From NCBI GenBank assembly GCA_040905525.1, contig JBBDRJ010000018.1, forward strand, positions 88,769 through 152,768: a DNA stretch of 64,000 nucleotides. The letters run 5' to 3'. Position numbers and translations under genes: made by a program. The notes under the pieces were generated by a model. It was not told the origin of the DNA, made no database searches, and was given only the letters and a program-made list of their open reading frames with translations. Below are positions 1 to 9,581 of this stretch, in pieces; the first letter of the stretch is position 1; each line of letters opens with the position of its first letter. The stretch is from Actinomycetota bacterium (lineage in GTDB: Bacteria > Actinomycetota > JAICYB01).

Positions 1-560
1 CCGAGGGCGATCCCGGTTGCTGCTCCGCGCTCGCCGGCGATCGCTGCCAGCACGAGCCCCAGGCTCAGCCGCACGAGCGGTTCGGCCACGAGCGTGATGA
101 CGACGTGCCGATAGGCGCCCACGCCGTAGAGCCGGCCTCGCTCGACGGCCAGCAGGCTGGCCGCGGGAGCCGATAGAGCCAGAGCGAGAACCAGGCCACC
201 AGGCAATCCGATGAGTGCTCCGATGGGTTCGCTGGCAGCCACGAGGATCAGCGATGTTGCGAGGCCGATCTTCCACAAACGCGGACGCAGCTCGGTGACG
301 ATGGATGGTGACTGGGCGCTTCCGGCGCTGAGGCTTCCGGTGAGCACGTGCACGATCAGGTACAGCGCGGCGAACGCAGCGAAGTGCGAATAGTCGTCGG
401 GGGAGAGCAGGCGCACCAAAGCGAATGCGAAAAGCAGATTTCCCACGCCCGCCGCCAGCTGGCCCGCCGCCGCGAGCGACTGATCGCGCGCCGGTGAGGA
501 CGCTCCGCCGCCGGACGCGGGGGCACTGAGCTGCGCGCGAAGGCTGGTAAGCACTCTCAT
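1..560 (-). CDS. Polysaccharide biosynthesis protein / Wzx-like flippase (partial, C-terminus beyond window start)
   Basis: Manual minus-strand translation from ATG at 558-560 (MRVLTSLRAQL...GNLLFAFALVRLLSPDDYSHFAAFAALYLIVHVLTG...) gives a hydrophobic multi-TM N-terminus typical of MOP/Wzx proteins; runs off the window edge so absent from the ORF track; ATGA overlap with the upstream gene stop. Confidence 0.5.
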   Translation of the reverse strand, partial: MRVLTSLRAQLSAPASGGGASSPARDQSLAAAGQLAAGVGNLLFAFALVRLLSPDDYSHFAAFAALYLIVHVLTGSLSAGSAQSPSIVTELRPRLWKIGLATSLILVAASEPIGALIGLPGGLVLALALSAPAASLLAVERGRLYGVGAYRHVVITLVAEPLVRLSLGLVLAAIAGERGAATGIAL

Positions 561-1696
561 GGCGGTGATGGCGGTGGAGTGAGATGTAGACCACCGACGT
601 CTTCCGGATGAGTCTCTTCCCCGCCGTCGAGCAAAAGACGCAGAAGCCGGAATCCTTCGTGCGCCGCATCGATCTCGCGCGAGATCGTGTCGGGCACAGC
701 CGGTTCGGCATCCAGGCTGAGGCGGATCGTTTCCGTCAATGCCTCAGGGCCGAGTCGCTTCGACACGCATGGCTGACGAAGACGTCGTGACAATCCGATG
801 AGCTTGGCTTCGTGGCCGTACGAGACGAATGGCGTCCCGGCGGTCGATGCGGCGATGAGCGCGTGATAACGGAACGACACAACGAGCCGGCAGGCCGCGA
901 AGGTGTCCCGGGCCTGCTTCAGGTCGCGCGGCGGCGGAAGGAGCTCGACCCCCAATGAAGCCTGCAGCTCTCTAGCCAGATGCGTGTCACCGGGCGAAGT
1001 TCGACCGTTCTGCCACGGCTGAAGCTTGATCTCGACGCCCTCGGATACAAGAGGGCGAAGGGCGGCAGTGATGCGAGCCGTTAGGGTTCCGTCGTCCGCC
1101 AGGTGACTGAGGGCGACGATCACCTCGTCGCGGCGCTGCGCAGAGATCCGATGCGGTGGCTGAAACCTCGGCTCTCCTTCTAGATCGAAGAGCGCCCATG
1201 CAGGATCGGCTCCGATACGGAAGGGCGGACGAACGCCGGCCTCGGCGAGTAGAACCGCGGACTCTTCGTCTCGCAGTACCAGCAGACCCGAGCGGTGCGC
1301 GAAGGCGCGCGCGAGGATGTCCGCGTATGCGTTGTCGAGCTTCCCGGCGCCTACTCCGAGCATCGCAACCGACTTGCCCATCGCGCGAGCACCGGCAGCC
1401 AGGACGAGGCCCTTGCGCAGCAGATCGTTCGCCGATCGCCCCGCTGAGGGATGAAGCGTTTTGAAGATCGTGCCGCCGGCGAACACGACGGCATCGGCGC
1501 GGACCGCCTGCAAAGCTACGTCTTTGGGGTCGCTCGACGAAACCGCGTCGCAACCGCGGCAGGCGCGGGTGTCGGCGGGGTCGCTCGACGTCGCGACCGC
1601 ACGCCACCCATCGAGGTGGCGCAGGAACGCTTCGAGGAGCGCTTCGTCGCCGGGGTTATGCTGCCCGAACGCGCCTACGAGCAAGACTGTCGGCAT
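557..1696 (-). CDS. Polysaccharide pyruvyl transferase family protein
   Basis: ORF 557..1789; from internal Met MPTVLLVGAFGQHNPGDEALLEAF...VVFAGGTIF...FRYHALIAA resembles CsaB/WcaK-type pyruvyl transferases; start set at 1696. Confidence 0.65.
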   Translation of the reverse strand: MPTVLLVGAFGQHNPGDEALLEAFLRHLDGWRAVATSSDPADTRACRGCDAVSSSDPKDVALQAVRADAVVFAGGTIFKTLHPSAGRSANDLLRKGLVLAAGARAMGKSVAMLGVGAGKLDNAYADILARAFAHRSGLLVLRDEESAVLLAEAGVRPPFRIGADPAWALFDLEGEPRFQPPHRISAQRRDEVIVALSHLADDGTLTARITAALRPLVSEGVEIKLQPWQNGRTSPGDTHLARELQASLGVELLPPPRDLKQARDTFAACRLVVSFRYHALIAASTAGTPFVSYGHEAKLIGLSRRLRQPCVSKRLGPEALTETIRLSLDAEPAVPDTISREIDAAHEGFRLLRLLLDGGEETHPEDVGGLHLTPPPSPP

Positions 1697-2858
1697 GCAG
1701 CACCTCCTCGTAAAGATCGAGGTGTGCCCGGGCTGACTCCGCCCACGTTCTTCCGGCACGCAGCGTTTCGCTACTGTGGCGGATGGCATCCAGTCGAACC
1801 GGATCGTTCAGGATGTCGTTCAGCGCGCGCGCTAACCCGTCGGGATCCAGCGGCACGCGCAGATCTTTCGGTGCTTCTATGCAGTCGCCCACAGCGGGCG
1901 ACACCACAACGGGAGTTTCGAAGCCCAGGGCTAGCGCGAGCGCGCCGCTCGATGAGAATGGATCCGGATACGGGAACAGCGCGATGTCAGCGGCGGAGAA
2001 CCAGCGCGCAACATCTCTCTCGGAGACGTAGCCCGTGAACCGGGCAACGTCGCCGAACTGCGAAATTAGCTCCGCCAAGTAGCCGCGCTTGGGGTTTCTG
2101 CGGGCAAGGCGCGGATGCTCACCCCCGGCCACGACGAGCCGGAAAGCGCCCGATCGGCGGGACGCTTCCAGGGCCGCTTCGAGGCCCTTGTACGGCGCGA
2201 CGAAACCGAAGCACAACACCGTCGGAATCGAGCCGAGGCCCAATTCACTTCGGACCGTGCTTCGGTTGACGCGCTCGAGTAGTTCGATCCCATGCGGGAT
2301 CACGGCCGCATCGGGAAAATTCCGGGTGAACGACGCCTCATGGACGACCACCGCGTCGGCGAAACGACGTATCGCACCCTGCACCGAAGCGATGCCGGTG
2401 CGGGCCAGGAAGCTCGGCGATCGCACGCGGTGCATGCGGACGAAATTGCGGTCGACTGCACCCGGGTCGACAACCTGGTGCGGTGTTACGACAACGCGAC
2501 GCCCGGCGCGGCGAAGGGCGGCGAGCGCCGGGACCAGGCAGGCGAGCGAAAGGGCTCCGCCGTAGAGAAAGAGCTCGAACTGGACGTGTACTACTGGCGC
2601 GTTCGTGGACCTGGCTGCCGCGACCGCGTCGATGAGCGCGGTTGGGCCCCGACGGAAGCACCGCCGCACCGTCACCGACCCGTCGCTGGACGTTGCCGGC
2701 TCGTCCGGCTCATGAGCACAGACCACATCCACATTTGCGCCGGCGCCGGCCAGCGCGTGCGCCAGGTTCGCCGTGTAGGACGCCACACCGCTGAGTCCGG
2801 CGTGGCGCTTACCAGCTGGTGGGTACAGCGACACGATCGCGATGTCGGTATTCGGCAT
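1656..2858 (-). CDS. Glycosyltransferase family 4 (GT1/GT4 fold)
   Basis: 400 aa ORF; N-terminal MPNTDIAIVSLYPP...GVASYTANLAHALAGAGANVDVV and C-terminal GT4-like region (FPYPDPFSSSGALALALGFETPVV). Confidence 0.8.
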   Translation of the reverse strand: MPNTDIAIVSLYPPAGKRHAGLSGVASYTANLAHALAGAGANVDVVCAHEPDEPATSSDGSVTVRRCFRRGPTALIDAVAAARSTNAPVVHVQFELFLYGGALSLACLVPALAALRRAGRRVVVTPHQVVDPGAVDRNFVRMHRVRSPSFLARTGIASVQGAIRRFADAVVVHEASFTRNFPDAAVIPHGIELLERVNRSTVRSELGLGSIPTVLCFGFVAPYKGLEAALEASRRSGAFRLVVAGGEHPRLARRNPKRGYLAELISQFGDVARFTGYVSERDVARWFSAADIALFPYPDPFSSSGALALALGFETPVVVSPAVGDCIEAPKDLRVPLDPDGLARALNDILNDPVRLDAIRHSSETLRAGRTWAESARAHLDLYEEVLHADSLARRRVRAA

Positions 2859-2872
2859 CTAGAACAGCGGCT

Positions 2873-3643
2873 CTAAGACGCGGCGCGGGAGGGAACGAGG
2901 GTCGGGACGCGCTCGCTGGTTTCGATCGTGTCGTCGTCGGGCAAGGGGATCGTTTTGTGGTGAAGCCACAGGCGCAGCGCGGAGACCGCCATCTTCTTGG
3001 CATCGGCCGCGGCGTTCACGTGACTGCCATCGCGGTCGATCCAGATGGTCGGCACCTCGACGATCGTGAAGCCCAAACGTCGCGCCGTGACGAGCACGTC
3101 CACGTCGAAGAGGAAGTCACGTGAAGAGAGCAACGGAGTGATCCGTCGAACGAGATCGTAGGAAAGTACCTTCGCCCCGCACTGCGTATCGGTGTACGGG
3201 AGTCCGAAGAGGTTGCGGACGACGAGTGAGAAGCCGACGCTCGTCAACCGCCGGCTCATCGACCGTCGATTCGGCAGCACGGCCGCGGGATGGTAACGAG
3301 TCGCTATGGCGCCGTCGGCCGTTTCGGCCGCCTCGACGAGCCGGAGGAATTCCGCCGGCGGTGTCGCGCAGTCTGCGTCGACGAAGCCGATGAGATCGGC
3401 CTCACAGACACGGAACGCCTCCATGAGCACGCCGCCCTTCCCGAGCTTGGGGAACTGCAGGAGGCCGACCCGGTGGTCGGCCGACATATGGCGGCGCACC
3501 ACGTCGATCGTTCGATCCGTGCATCGGTCGAGCGCAACGATGAAGCGGGTGTCGGGCGACGTGCATCTGGCCCGGTACGCACGAAGTGTGCGACCGATCC
3601 GCTTCTCCTCGTTGTGGGCGGGGATCACGACATCTAGTCGCAC
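2873..3643 (-). CDS. Glycosyltransferase family 2
   Basis: 256 aa; LDVVIPAHNEEKRIGRTLRAY...FVDADCATPP... typical GT2 (DPM1-like) motifs. Confidence 0.8.
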   Translation of the reverse strand: MRLDVVIPAHNEEKRIGRTLRAYRARCTSPDTRFIVALDRCTDRTIDVVRRHMSADHRVGLLQFPKLGKGGVLMEAFRVCEADLIGFVDADCATPPAEFLRLVEAAETADGAIATRYHPAAVLPNRRSMSRRLTSVGFSLVVRNLFGLPYTDTQCGAKVLSYDLVRRITPLLSSRDFLFDVDVLVTARRLGFTIVEVPTIWIDRDGSHVNAAADAKKMAVSALRLWLHHKTIPLPDDDTIETSERVPTLVPSRAAS

Positions 3644-3987
3644 GAAAGAGACCTCCTCGGTGTCGAGACTGCGCGGACGCTATGAACCAGACCTACACGC
3701 GGCTTGAACTTCCGCTACATCTGCCGTGTCGTGTTGCAGACGACATTCACTACATCCTTCCCCCGGTTTTGTCGACGGTGACGTCGTAAGAACGTGCAAG
3801 TTCCATCGCCGAGTGCCCAAGCGATCAGATCGCTAAACATCACCTGGTCAGGGCGGTGCAGCGCCGTTAACGCAGGTGAGGGGTGTAAATGAAAAGAGAT
3901 TAAGAAACGGCTAAGAGTTGCAGACCGAGGCGCGGCGCCGGGTCACCGACGAGTAACATCCGCGGGAAGGAACAAGAGGGGGAGAAC

Positions 3988-5568
3988 ATGGGGGATCGCG
4001 ATCTCGTCGTCAAAGAGCTCGTTTATCACCGGCAGCTGATTCCTTCGGTCGCGCGGAACGCAACCAAGACCGCGATGATCGATGGCCCGTACCGGGCCAC
4101 CTTCGAGCAGCACTTCGAGCGCGTCTGCCGCCTGGCCAACGCTCTGGGCTCAGAGCTCGGCGTGAAGCGGGACGACCGCGTGGGGATCCTGGCTCTCAAC
4201 AGCCACGCCTTCGTTGAGCTCTACCAGGCGTGCTTCATGGGCGGCGGCATCATCAACGGTCTCAACATCAGGCTGGCGCCGAAAGAGCTCGAGTTCATCC
4301 TCCAGGACTCCGGCTCGAAGGTCGTGCTCACCGATGCGATGTTCGCCGGCGTGATCGAACAGATCCGTCCGAATCTTCCCGACCTCGAGAAGGTGGTGCT
4401 CATCGGCGAGGGCGACGCCGCTCATGACGTGCGTTACGAGGACCTGGTTGCCGCCGGAAGCACCGACATCCCACCCGAGACCGAAGAGTCCGACCCGGTG
4501 ATCCTCAACTACACGGGCGGCACGACCGGTCTGCCCAAGGGCGTCCTCATCGACCAGCGAGCCGGGACGCTGCACAACTACCGCGTCTTCCTGGCCATCG
4601 ATATCGACAAAGACGAGATCTACCTGAACCAAACACCGATGTTCCACGGTGCTTCGGTGTTCAGCGTTGTCGGGACGGCTACCGTCGGTGGAACGCTTGC
4701 GTCGATCCCGGCCTTCGACCCCAAAGTCGTCATGGATGCGATCGAGACCCATCAGGTGACGGGGACGACGATGGTGCCGACGATGATCGGGATGACGTTC
4801 TCGCATCCCGATTTCGATCCCTCCCGGTTCGCATCGTTGCGTCTGCTCGCCTACGGTGCATCTCCGATGCCGGAAGCGCTACTCACGAAAGTCATGGAGC
4901 TCCTTCCGCAGGTCGAGCTGTATCAGGCCTACGGCATGACGGAGGCCACAGCCGTGACCACGGTACTGACGCCAGAGGATCACCGGCGCGGCGGTACGCT
5001 CCTGCGCTCGGCCGGGAGAGCGGTCCCTGGTGTCCAGATCACTATCCAAGATCCCCAGGGCAAGATCTTGCCGTCCGGTGAGGTCGGGGAAGTGTGCATG
5101 ACCTCGGGTTCGTATCTCCGTGAGTACTGGAAGCGCCCCGAAGAGACGGCTCAGACCTTCCGCGGCGGTTGGTACCACTCGGGGGACGCCGGCTACCTCG
5201 ACGAGGAGGGCTACCTCTTCCTGGTCGATCGCGTAAAGGACATGATCGTGTCCGGCGGCGAGAACATCTACACCAGCGAGGTCGAGAACGCGATCTCGAA
5301 GCATCCGGCCGTGCTGCAGGTCGCCGTGTTCGGCATCCCGAGCGAGCGGTGGGGTGAGGCCGTGCATGCCGTGATCGTCTTGCACGAAACGGCCACGGCC
5401 ACGGAGGACGAGATCATCGCGCACACGCGAGATTGGATCGCCGGCTACAAGGTGCCCAGGTCGGTCGAGTTCCGCGCCGAGCCGCTACCCCTGTCCGGTG
5501 CGATGAAGGTGCTGAAGCGAGACCTGCGGGCGCCGTACTGGGAAGGCAAGGAGCGCAAGGTCAACTAG
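3988..5568 (+). CDS. Acyl-CoA synthetase (AMP-binding, FadD-like)
   Basis: 526 aa; AMP-binding motif YTGGTTGLPKGV, GEVGEV, C-terminal SGGENIYTSEVENAI...YKVPRSVEF; RBS AGAGGGGGAG upstream of ATG. Confidence 0.85.
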   Translation: MGDRDLVVKELVYHRQLIPSVARNATKTAMIDGPYRATFEQHFERVCRLANALGSELGVKRDDRVGILALNSHAFVELYQACFMGGGIINGLNIRLAPKELEFILQDSGSKVVLTDAMFAGVIEQIRPNLPDLEKVVLIGEGDAAHDVRYEDLVAAGSTDIPPETEESDPVILNYTGGTTGLPKGVLIDQRAGTLHNYRVFLAIDIDKDEIYLNQTPMFHGASVFSVVGTATVGGTLASIPAFDPKVVMDAIETHQVTGTTMVPTMIGMTFSHPDFDPSRFASLRLLAYGASPMPEALLTKVMELLPQVELYQAYGMTEATAVTTVLTPEDHRRGGTLLRSAGRAVPGVQITIQDPQGKILPSGEVGEVCMTSGSYLREYWKRPEETAQTFRGGWYHSGDAGYLDEEGYLFLVDRVKDMIVSGGENIYTSEVENAISKHPAVLQVAVFGIPSERWGEAVHAVIVLHETATATEDEIIAHTRDWIAGYKVPRSVEFRAEPLPLSGAMKVLKRDLRAPYWEGKERKVN

Positions 5569-5582
5569 CGGAGTTCGCTTCG

Positions 5583-6044
5583 TCAGCGAACCGTGAACGC
5601 TGTGCGCATCCCAAGCTTGTAATGGACTTCGGTCTCCCCGTCTTCGGTGTCCACGCGATTGCAGACCAGGGCGTACGGGCCGGGATCAAGATCGAGGGTA
5701 AGAGTCTGGCTGTCCCCAGGCTCGATATCTTCGATCTCGTCTACGCCATCGACCTGGTCTTCGTCTACGGATCCGTCCGTTTTCGTTGGTAGTTGGCCGG
5801 GATCGAGGTCGGTGGAGATGACAACGAACTCGTGAATGTCCTCTCCGGTGTTCTCCACCGTGAACTCGACTTCGCCGGCGGCTCCGACGTCTGGATCTGG
5901 CCCTACGGAAAACTCCCTCAGTTCAACGGCGATATTCCTCGAGGGCGCAACCGTCGGCGACGGAGCCGTCTCTGGCTCGTTGGAGGTACAGGCCGGCGCG
6001 GCGAGTATCAGCACCACAGGCAACGCCAGGATTCGCGAGCGCAT
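5583..6044 (-). CDS. Putative lipoprotein with cupredoxin-like domain
   Basis: 153 aa; signal peptide + lipobox-like LAAPAC; acidic; possible copper-ligand pattern H...C...H...M (IHEF...VCNRV...VHYKLGM). Confidence 0.45.
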   Translation of the reverse strand: MRSRILALPVVLILAAPACTSNEPETAPSPTVAPSRNIAVELREFSVGPDPDVGAAGEVEFTVENTGEDIHEFVVISTDLDPGQLPTKTDGSVDEDQVDGVDEIEDIEPGDSQTLTLDLDPGPYALVCNRVDTEDGETEVHYKLGMRTAFTVR

Positions 6045-6098
6045 CCTATCCCCTTGGGCTCAAGCTACCCACCCCACGTTACACCTCGGTCGAACGGA

Positions 6099-7133
6099 TC
6101 AGTTGCTGAGCTGGTCGAACGTGCACTCCTCCGGCTTCTTGTCGTCACGCCAGCGGACGAATCCGGCCGCGTGCCGGAACCGCTGGCCGGATTGCACGTA
6201 GTCGTAGGTGACCTCGCACACCAGCGTCGGTTCGATCGATGTCCACTCGTATTCCTTACCGCCCGTCCAGCGGCTCTGAGCTCCGGGCCCCCACTCTTCC
6301 GGCGCCCCGAACCCGGCGCCGCTTACGTTGTGCAGCGGCTCCAGGATCTTGACCAGTTCTTTGCGCTCCTTAGCGCTGAACGACGCGGTGTGGCCGATGT
6401 AGCGCAGGTTCCCATCGTCGTACAACCCCAGTAGCAGCGATCCGACGCCACCGTGCTTGTGCGGGCGGTACCCGCCCACGACGCAGTCGGCCGTGCGCTT
6501 GTGTTTGATCTTGATCATCACCCGGTCGCCGGGCGAATAAGGAAGTGTCAGCTTCTTCGCGACGATACCGTCGCATTTCACCTTCTCCAGCTCGACGAAC
6601 CAGTCCTGCGCGACGTCGGCATCGTCCGTGCAGGGTGTGAGATGGAACGTCGGACCGGGCAACGTCGCCGGTGCGCCGGGTTCCTTGGGACGCTTCTTAC
6701 CGAAGACTCCCGTCAGGACGCGCAGCCGTTCGGCGAGCGGTTCGTCACACAGGTTCTTGTCGGTGCCGAGGATGTCGAACACGACGAAGCTGGCCGGGGT
6801 CTCGCCGGCCAGCTTGTTCACGCGCGACGCGGCCGGGTGAAGCCGCGCCTGCAAAGCGTCGAAGTCGAGCCCGGAATCCGACGGCAGGATGATCTCGCCA
6901 TCGACGACGCATGGATCGGGCAATGCGTCACGCAACAGCTCCTCGACCTCGGGGAAGTACCGATTAAGGGGACGGCCGTTACGACTGTCGATCTGTACGA
7001 GATCGCCATCACGGAAGACGATCGCTCGGAAGCCGTCCCACTTCGGTTCGTAGATCCACTCGTCGCCGCGTGGGACCTCGTCTTTGCCCTTGGCGAGCAT
7101 CGGCTTCACGGGAGGCTTAACGGGTAGTGACAT
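6099..7133 (-). CDS. ligC: ATP-dependent DNA ligase (LigC-like, ligase domain only)
   Basis: 344 aa; adenylation motif I KWDGFR (KxDG), overall ATP-dependent ligase core with no appended polymerase or nuclease domain. Confidence 0.75.
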   Translation of the reverse strand: MSLPVKPPVKPMLAKGKDEVPRGDEWIYEPKWDGFRAIVFRDGDLVQIDSRNGRPLNRYFPEVEELLRDALPDPCVVDGEIILPSDSGLDFDALQARLHPAASRVNKLAGETPASFVVFDILGTDKNLCDEPLAERLRVLTGVFGKKRPKEPGAPATLPGPTFHLTPCTDDADVAQDWFVELEKVKCDGIVAKKLTLPYSPGDRVMIKIKHKRTADCVVGGYRPHKHGGVGSLLLGLYDDGNLRYIGHTASFSAKERKELVKILEPLHNVSGAGFGAPEEWGPGAQSRWTGGKEYEWTSIEPTLVCEVTYDYVQSGQRFRHAAGFVRWRDDKKPEECTFDQLSN

Positions 7134-7167
7134 ACTCCGATGGTCTCAGGTCTTCGGGGGAGGCGTC

Positions 7168-8160
7168 ATGCGATTCGTTGAAGCGGGCGGAGCAAGACTC
7201 TCGGTCATCGGGCTCGGCTGCTGGCAATTCGGTTCATGGGACTGGGGGTACGGTAACGACTACGCCCAGACGACCTCGATCGAAATAACGAACCGAGCAC
7301 TTGATCTCGGCGTGAACCTTGTGGACACCGCCGAGCTCTACGGATTCGGGCGGTCCGAGAAGATCGTGGGCCGGGCCATCGCCGAGCGGCGGCACGAGGC
7401 GTTCCTGGCGACGAAGCTCCTTCCAGTGATGCCCGTTGCGCCGATCGTCGAGCAGCGGGCGAAGGCGAGCATCGCCCGCATGCACGTGACGAACCTCGAT
7501 CTCTATCAGATCCATTGGCCGAATCCTGTCGTCGGTGACGGCACGGCGATGACCGGGATGCGCCGGCTGATCGACGCCGGCCTGGTTCGTCACGCAGGAG
7601 TTAGCAACTATCCGTTGTCGCGGTGGATGTCTGCGGATCGGGCTTTGGGCATGCCGGTACTGTCGAACCAGGTCCGTATGAACCTCGTCGATCGGCGTCC
7701 GCTCGTCGACCTTGTCCCCTTCGCGCGCAGCGAGGGACGCATCGTGATCGCCTACAGTCCGTTGGCGCAGGGGCTTCTCGGCGGGCGCTACGACCCCGAC
7801 AACGTGCCGACCGGAGTGGCGCGTCGCTCCAACCCGCTGTTCCTGCCCGAGAACCTCGAGCGAGCCACAACGCTGATAGGTGCGCTTCGTGACATAGCGG
7901 CGAGTCATCAATGCACGCCGGCTCAGATCGCGCTGGCCTGGGTGGTGCGCCATTCCAACGTCGTCGCGATCCCGGGTGCCTCGAGCGTTGAGCAGTTGGA
8001 GGCCAACGTCGCTGCGGCCGAGATCGAGCTCACTGAATCGGAAGCCCGCCAGCTCGAGGAAGCCGCCGACGCCTTCGAGCCCATCAGAGGAGCGGCCGCT
8101 GTTCGAGAGATGGCCGAGTCGGTCGTGTCCGGCCTTCGCGGCCGATTGGGACTTCGCTAG
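7168..8160 (+). CDS. Aldo/keto reductase
   Basis: ORF 7084..8160; start moved to ATG 7168 (RBS GGGGGAGG); MRFVEAGGARLSVIGLGCWQFG... typical AKR N-terminus. Confidence 0.8.
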   Translation: MRFVEAGGARLSVIGLGCWQFGSWDWGYGNDYAQTTSIEITNRALDLGVNLVDTAELYGFGRSEKIVGRAIAERRHEAFLATKLLPVMPVAPIVEQRAKASIARMHVTNLDLYQIHWPNPVVGDGTAMTGMRRLIDAGLVRHAGVSNYPLSRWMSADRALGMPVLSNQVRMNLVDRRPLVDLVPFARSEGRIVIAYSPLAQGLLGGRYDPDNVPTGVARRSNPLFLPENLERATTLIGALRDIAASHQCTPAQIALAWVVRHSNVVAIPGASSVEQLEANVAAAEIELTESEARQLEEAADAFEPIRGAAAVREMAESVVSGLRGRLGLR

Positions 8161-8210
8161 GCAGGAACGTTACAGTAGGACTGTCATATAGCTGGCTCTG
8201 AGGAGCTCCG

Positions 8211-9383
8211 ATGACCACGCCTACGCAGACCTTCGACTGGACCGATCAGGCCTTTCTGTCCGACCCCTATCCGCATTACCGCGCGCTGCGCGAGCGCGAC
8301 CCTGTGCACTACAACGCGTCGCGTGGGACGTGGGCGCTAACGCGCTACAACGACATAGTCGCCGTCTTGCGCGATCACGATCGGTTCTCGGCCGAACGCG
8401 GGCCGGGCGCCGAAGACCCGGACTTCCCCCGCTCGATGCTCGGCTCCGATCCGCCCCATCACACTCGGCTGCGGAACCTCGTGAACAAAGCGTTCACCGC
8501 ACGAACCGTCGAGCGGCTTCGGGTGCGCATCCAAGAGCTCGTCGACGCCAATCTGGACCGAGTCGCCGAGCGTGGAGAGATGGAGGTCGTCAACGACTTC
8601 GCTTACCCCCTGCCGATCACGGTCATCGCCGAGATGCTCGGGGTGCCGGCGGACGACCGCGACTTCTTCCGCGAAGCGTCGTCCAAGATCGCGGTCGCTC
8701 TCGGCCCGATCGAAGACATGCAGATCGCCATGCGCGCCCTGGAGGGACGCAACCAGCTCATCGCATATTTCAACGAGCTCATCCCCAAGCGATCCGGCGA
8801 CGACGGCGACGATCTGATCACGGCATTGCTCCGGGCAGAGGAAGCCGGTGACTTCCTCAGTCACGGCGAGCTCCTGGCCATGCTGCTCCTCTTGCTCGTG
8901 GCCGGGCACGAGACGACTGTGAACCTCATCGGCAACGGATTGATCGCTCTCCTGCGAAATCCGGATCAGCTCGAACGTCTGCGAAGTGAAGAAGGGATCG
9001 AGCGGAAAGCAACGGAGGAGTTGCTGCGCTACGACTCTCCCGTCCAGTTCACCGGACGGGTCGTCCTGGAAGATGTCGAGATCGGCGGCAAGACCATCCG
9101 CGCCGGTCAGGGGCTGACGACGCTTCTCGCTTCGGCAAACCGCGATCCGGAGCTCTTCGAGGATCCGGACATGCTCGACCTGACCCGCGATCCGTGCCCG
9201 CACCTGTCCTTCTCGGCCGGGATCCACTTCTGCCTGGGTGCCCAGCTGGCGCGCCTGGAGGGCCAGATCGCCCTGTCGACGATCGTTCGCAGATTCCCCG
9301 ACATCGCGATCGCGACCGACAAGCTCGAGTGGCGGCCGGCGCCGATCCTGCGCGGTGTGGTGGCGTTGCCGGTTACGTTCTAG
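8211..9383 (+). CDS. Cytochrome P450
   Basis: 390 aa; heme-binding loop FSAGIHFCLGAQLA, AGHETT, ELLRYDSPV. Confidence 0.9.
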   Translation: MTTPTQTFDWTDQAFLSDPYPHYRALRERDPVHYNASRGTWALTRYNDIVAVLRDHDRFSAERGPGAEDPDFPRSMLGSDPPHHTRLRNLVNKAFTARTVERLRVRIQELVDANLDRVAERGEMEVVNDFAYPLPITVIAEMLGVPADDRDFFREASSKIAVALGPIEDMQIAMRALEGRNQLIAYFNELIPKRSGDDGDDLITALLRAEEAGDFLSHGELLAMLLLLLVAGHETTVNLIGNGLIALLRNPDQLERLRSEEGIERKATEELLRYDSPVQFTGRVVLEDVEIGGKTIRAGQGLTTLLASANRDPELFEDPDMLDLTRDPCPHLSFSAGIHFCLGAQLARLEGQIALSTIVRRFPDIAIATDKLEWRPAPILRGVVALPVTF

Positions 9384-9581
9384 CGCGTGACTGAAGACTG
9401 ATCACAAGGAGTCGCTACGCTCCATCCTGAGAGTCGGCCCTGCAACGTAATATTCGTTCTGCTCGACAGCCTCAATCGCCATGTCCTGGACGCCTACGGG
9501 GACGGCAGCGAGTTCGACACGCCCAACCTCGACCGCTTCGCGAAGGGCGCGATCAAGTTCGAGAACCACTACTCCGGCGCG

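Noticed and set aside
987-2038. Overlapping ORFs 987..1607(-), 1156..1464(+), 1451..2038(+), 1783..2031(+)
   Set aside because: All lie inside or antisense to the pyruvyl transferase and GT4 genes and are Arg/Pro-rich without motifs.
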